From Candidatus Falkowbacteria bacterium RIFOXYA2_FULL_47_19 (GTDB lineage: Bacteria; Patescibacteriota; Patescibacteriia; Patescibacteriales; UBA12075), in contig MFGB01000017.1 in the NCBI GenBank assembly GCA_001780275.1, positions 59,841 through 123,840 on the forward strand: a stretch of DNA of 64,000 nt. The letters run 5' to 3'. Positions 62,752-64,000 of this stretch are shown one piece after another. The translations under genes were made by a program, and so were the position numbers. The notes below the pieces were generated by a model. That model was not told the origin of the DNA. It worked only from the letters and a program-made list of their open reading frames with translations, and searched no databases. Within the stretch, counting starts at the first letter, position 1, and every line of letters begins with the position of its first letter.

Positions 62752-64000
62752 ATGTTTATCTATAAAAAATATTTTATAGTTACTGCGGTTTTATTTCTGG
62801 CGGGCGCTTTAGGATACATTGCGTCCGCCCAGACCCCTTCACCGGATACGATCGCGATCAGGATAATCCCTAATCCGGAGCACTACAGCGCCCGCCGATG
62901 GTATAAAGTAAAGAAATTTACCGGTTCGCCCCAATCTCTGACGGTCGACGGCTACGAGGCCGTACGCGATGGCCGGACGGTCTACGTTAACGTGGCCAAT
63001 GTCGCTGGCGCGACGTTATATACTAATATTTATTTGATCTCCTATAATCAGGCGGCCGAGAACGCCACGGTCGATATTTTCGGGAACATGCTCTTAAACT
63101 GGAAATTCAATACGAACTATACGGTTGTGGGCGTTTGCCGGGGGCACACCGCGATCAACTGTTTTACGGACGGTGAATGTCCGGCAAACGACGTTTGCGA
63201 CAGCACTAAGGCGCGAGTTACTCGCGATACGATCCGCTTGTCCGATATCGTGGAGATAAAATTCATAGCTGCCGAAAGGAGAAAGAACGGGCACTACCCC
63301 GTTTTAGGAGCTGGTTCGTATCTGCCTCATCGGACGATTTCCGTCTGGCCCAGCTGGCAGGATACGCTCGGCGCGGAGCTTCAGACTAATCTGCCGGTCG
63401 ATCCGATCAATAGGCTAGGGGATTGCGGCGCGGCCAGATTCGATCCCGTAACCTGCTGGGACGAGGACAACAAGGAATTCGCCTCGAATCTCCCGGATCT
63501 GCCTAATAACAGCTTTTCTTACATATATTCGACCGATGCCGACGGCGTAAATATCGAAGTTTGCGCGGTTATGGAAGCCGGTTTGGCTATAGGCGGAGCC
63601 GGCGTTTGTGCTTTGGCTTCGGTATGCACCGATCTTGACGGTGACGGTTTTTGCCGGCCGGTTTGCGGAACTTGCTTAATGGATTGCGACGATAGCGATC
63701 CGAGCGTGCATGGTCCCAGTGGAGCCGAGATCTGCTCTGGGGGGTTGGACGAGGATTGCGACGGCCTGGCCGATTGCAACGATCCGAACTGTGCGGGTAA
63801 CCCGCTTTGCCTGACCGGCCCGATTTGCGGCGGCAACGGCTGCGAATCCGCCCTGGGCGAAACCTGCGCTACTTGTCCGGCTGACTGCGGCGCTTGTCCT
63901 CCGCCCACCTGCGGCAACAGCGTGTGCGATCCCAGCGAATGCCCCGGCGGAACGAATCCTTGTCCGGCTGATTGCCGCTGCGGCAACGGCAACACGGAAT
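62752..64000 (+). CDS. Secreted cysteine-rich protein, N-terminal part; the gene continues past the right edge
   Basis: The ATG at 62752 opens a frame that stays open to the window end. Signal peptide MFIYKKYFIVTAVLFLAGALGYIASAQ. The C-terminal part has DLDGDGF…DCDDSDPSVH…GGLDEDCDG…DCNDPNC, metal-binding-motif-like repeats. It is not in the track because there is no stop. Confidence 0.8.
   Translation, partial: MFIYKKYFIVTAVLFLAGALGYIASAQTPSPDTIAIRIIPNPEHYSARRWYKVKKFTGSPQSLTVDGYEAVRDGRTVYVNVANVAGATLYTNIYLISYNQAAENATVDIFGNMLLNWKFNTNYTVVGVCRGHTAINCFTDGECPANDVCDSTKARVTRDTIRLSDIVEIKFIAAERRKNGHYPVLGAGSYLPHRTISVWPSWQDTLGAELQTNLPVDPINRLGDCGAARFDPVTCWDEDNKEFASNLPDLPNNSFSYIYSTDADGVNIEVCAVMEAGLAIGGAGVCALASVCTDLDGDGFCRPVCGTCLMDCDDSDPSVHGPSGAEICSGGLDEDCDGLADCNDPNCAGNPLCLTGPICGGNGCESALGETCATCPADCGACPPPTCGNSVCDPSECPGGTNPCPADCRCGNGNTE

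Overview
The window looks like a gene-dense chromosomal segment from a small-genome, Candidate Phyla Radiation (Patescibacteria/Parcubacteria-like) bacterium. That taxonomic call is inferred from gene content and intergenic architecture, not from a marker-gene search. The standard code (TGA = stop) fits all conserved genes. I support about 62 protein-coding genes. They include gmd (partial), holB, frr, rseP, hpf, secA, secD, secF and proS. They also include mreB, mreC, mreD and PBP2, a HelD-like helicase, and a long proteostasis cluster: CIRCE, hrcA, Nudix::grpE, hsp20, dnaK, DUF3467, a four-helix-bundle gene, dnaJ, two unknown genes and htrA. Further right are a Pth2/homoserine-dehydrogenase-like operon, a GldA/F/G-type ABC system, acs, murJ, and a lower-glycolysis block (pgk, a pilin-like gene, eno, then two tandem gpmI). 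Large secreted multidomain proteins sit near the left edge and at the right edge. I found no rRNA, tRNA, CRISPR array, transposase, integrase or phage genes. Intergenic DNA is dominated by two things. The first is near-consensus sigma70 promoters (TTGACA, 16-18 nt spacer, TGnTAnnnT). The second is a large family of long imperfect hairpins built from short tandem words, and one of them encloses the four-helix-bundle gene. I could not identify a clearly new multi-gene system. The items most worth follow-up are unusual fusions (SecD with two embedded parvulin domains, Nudix-GrpE, a 1,319-aa PLC-like/SNase/LTD/LamG secreted protein), the hairpin-enclosed four-helix-bundle cassette, a compact promoter-to-terminator candidate sRNA upstream of proS, several cysteine-rich small proteins, and small ORFs below the track cutoff that have complete expression signals. 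Coordinates I derived by hand (small ORFs, motifs, repeats) may be off by 1-2 nt.
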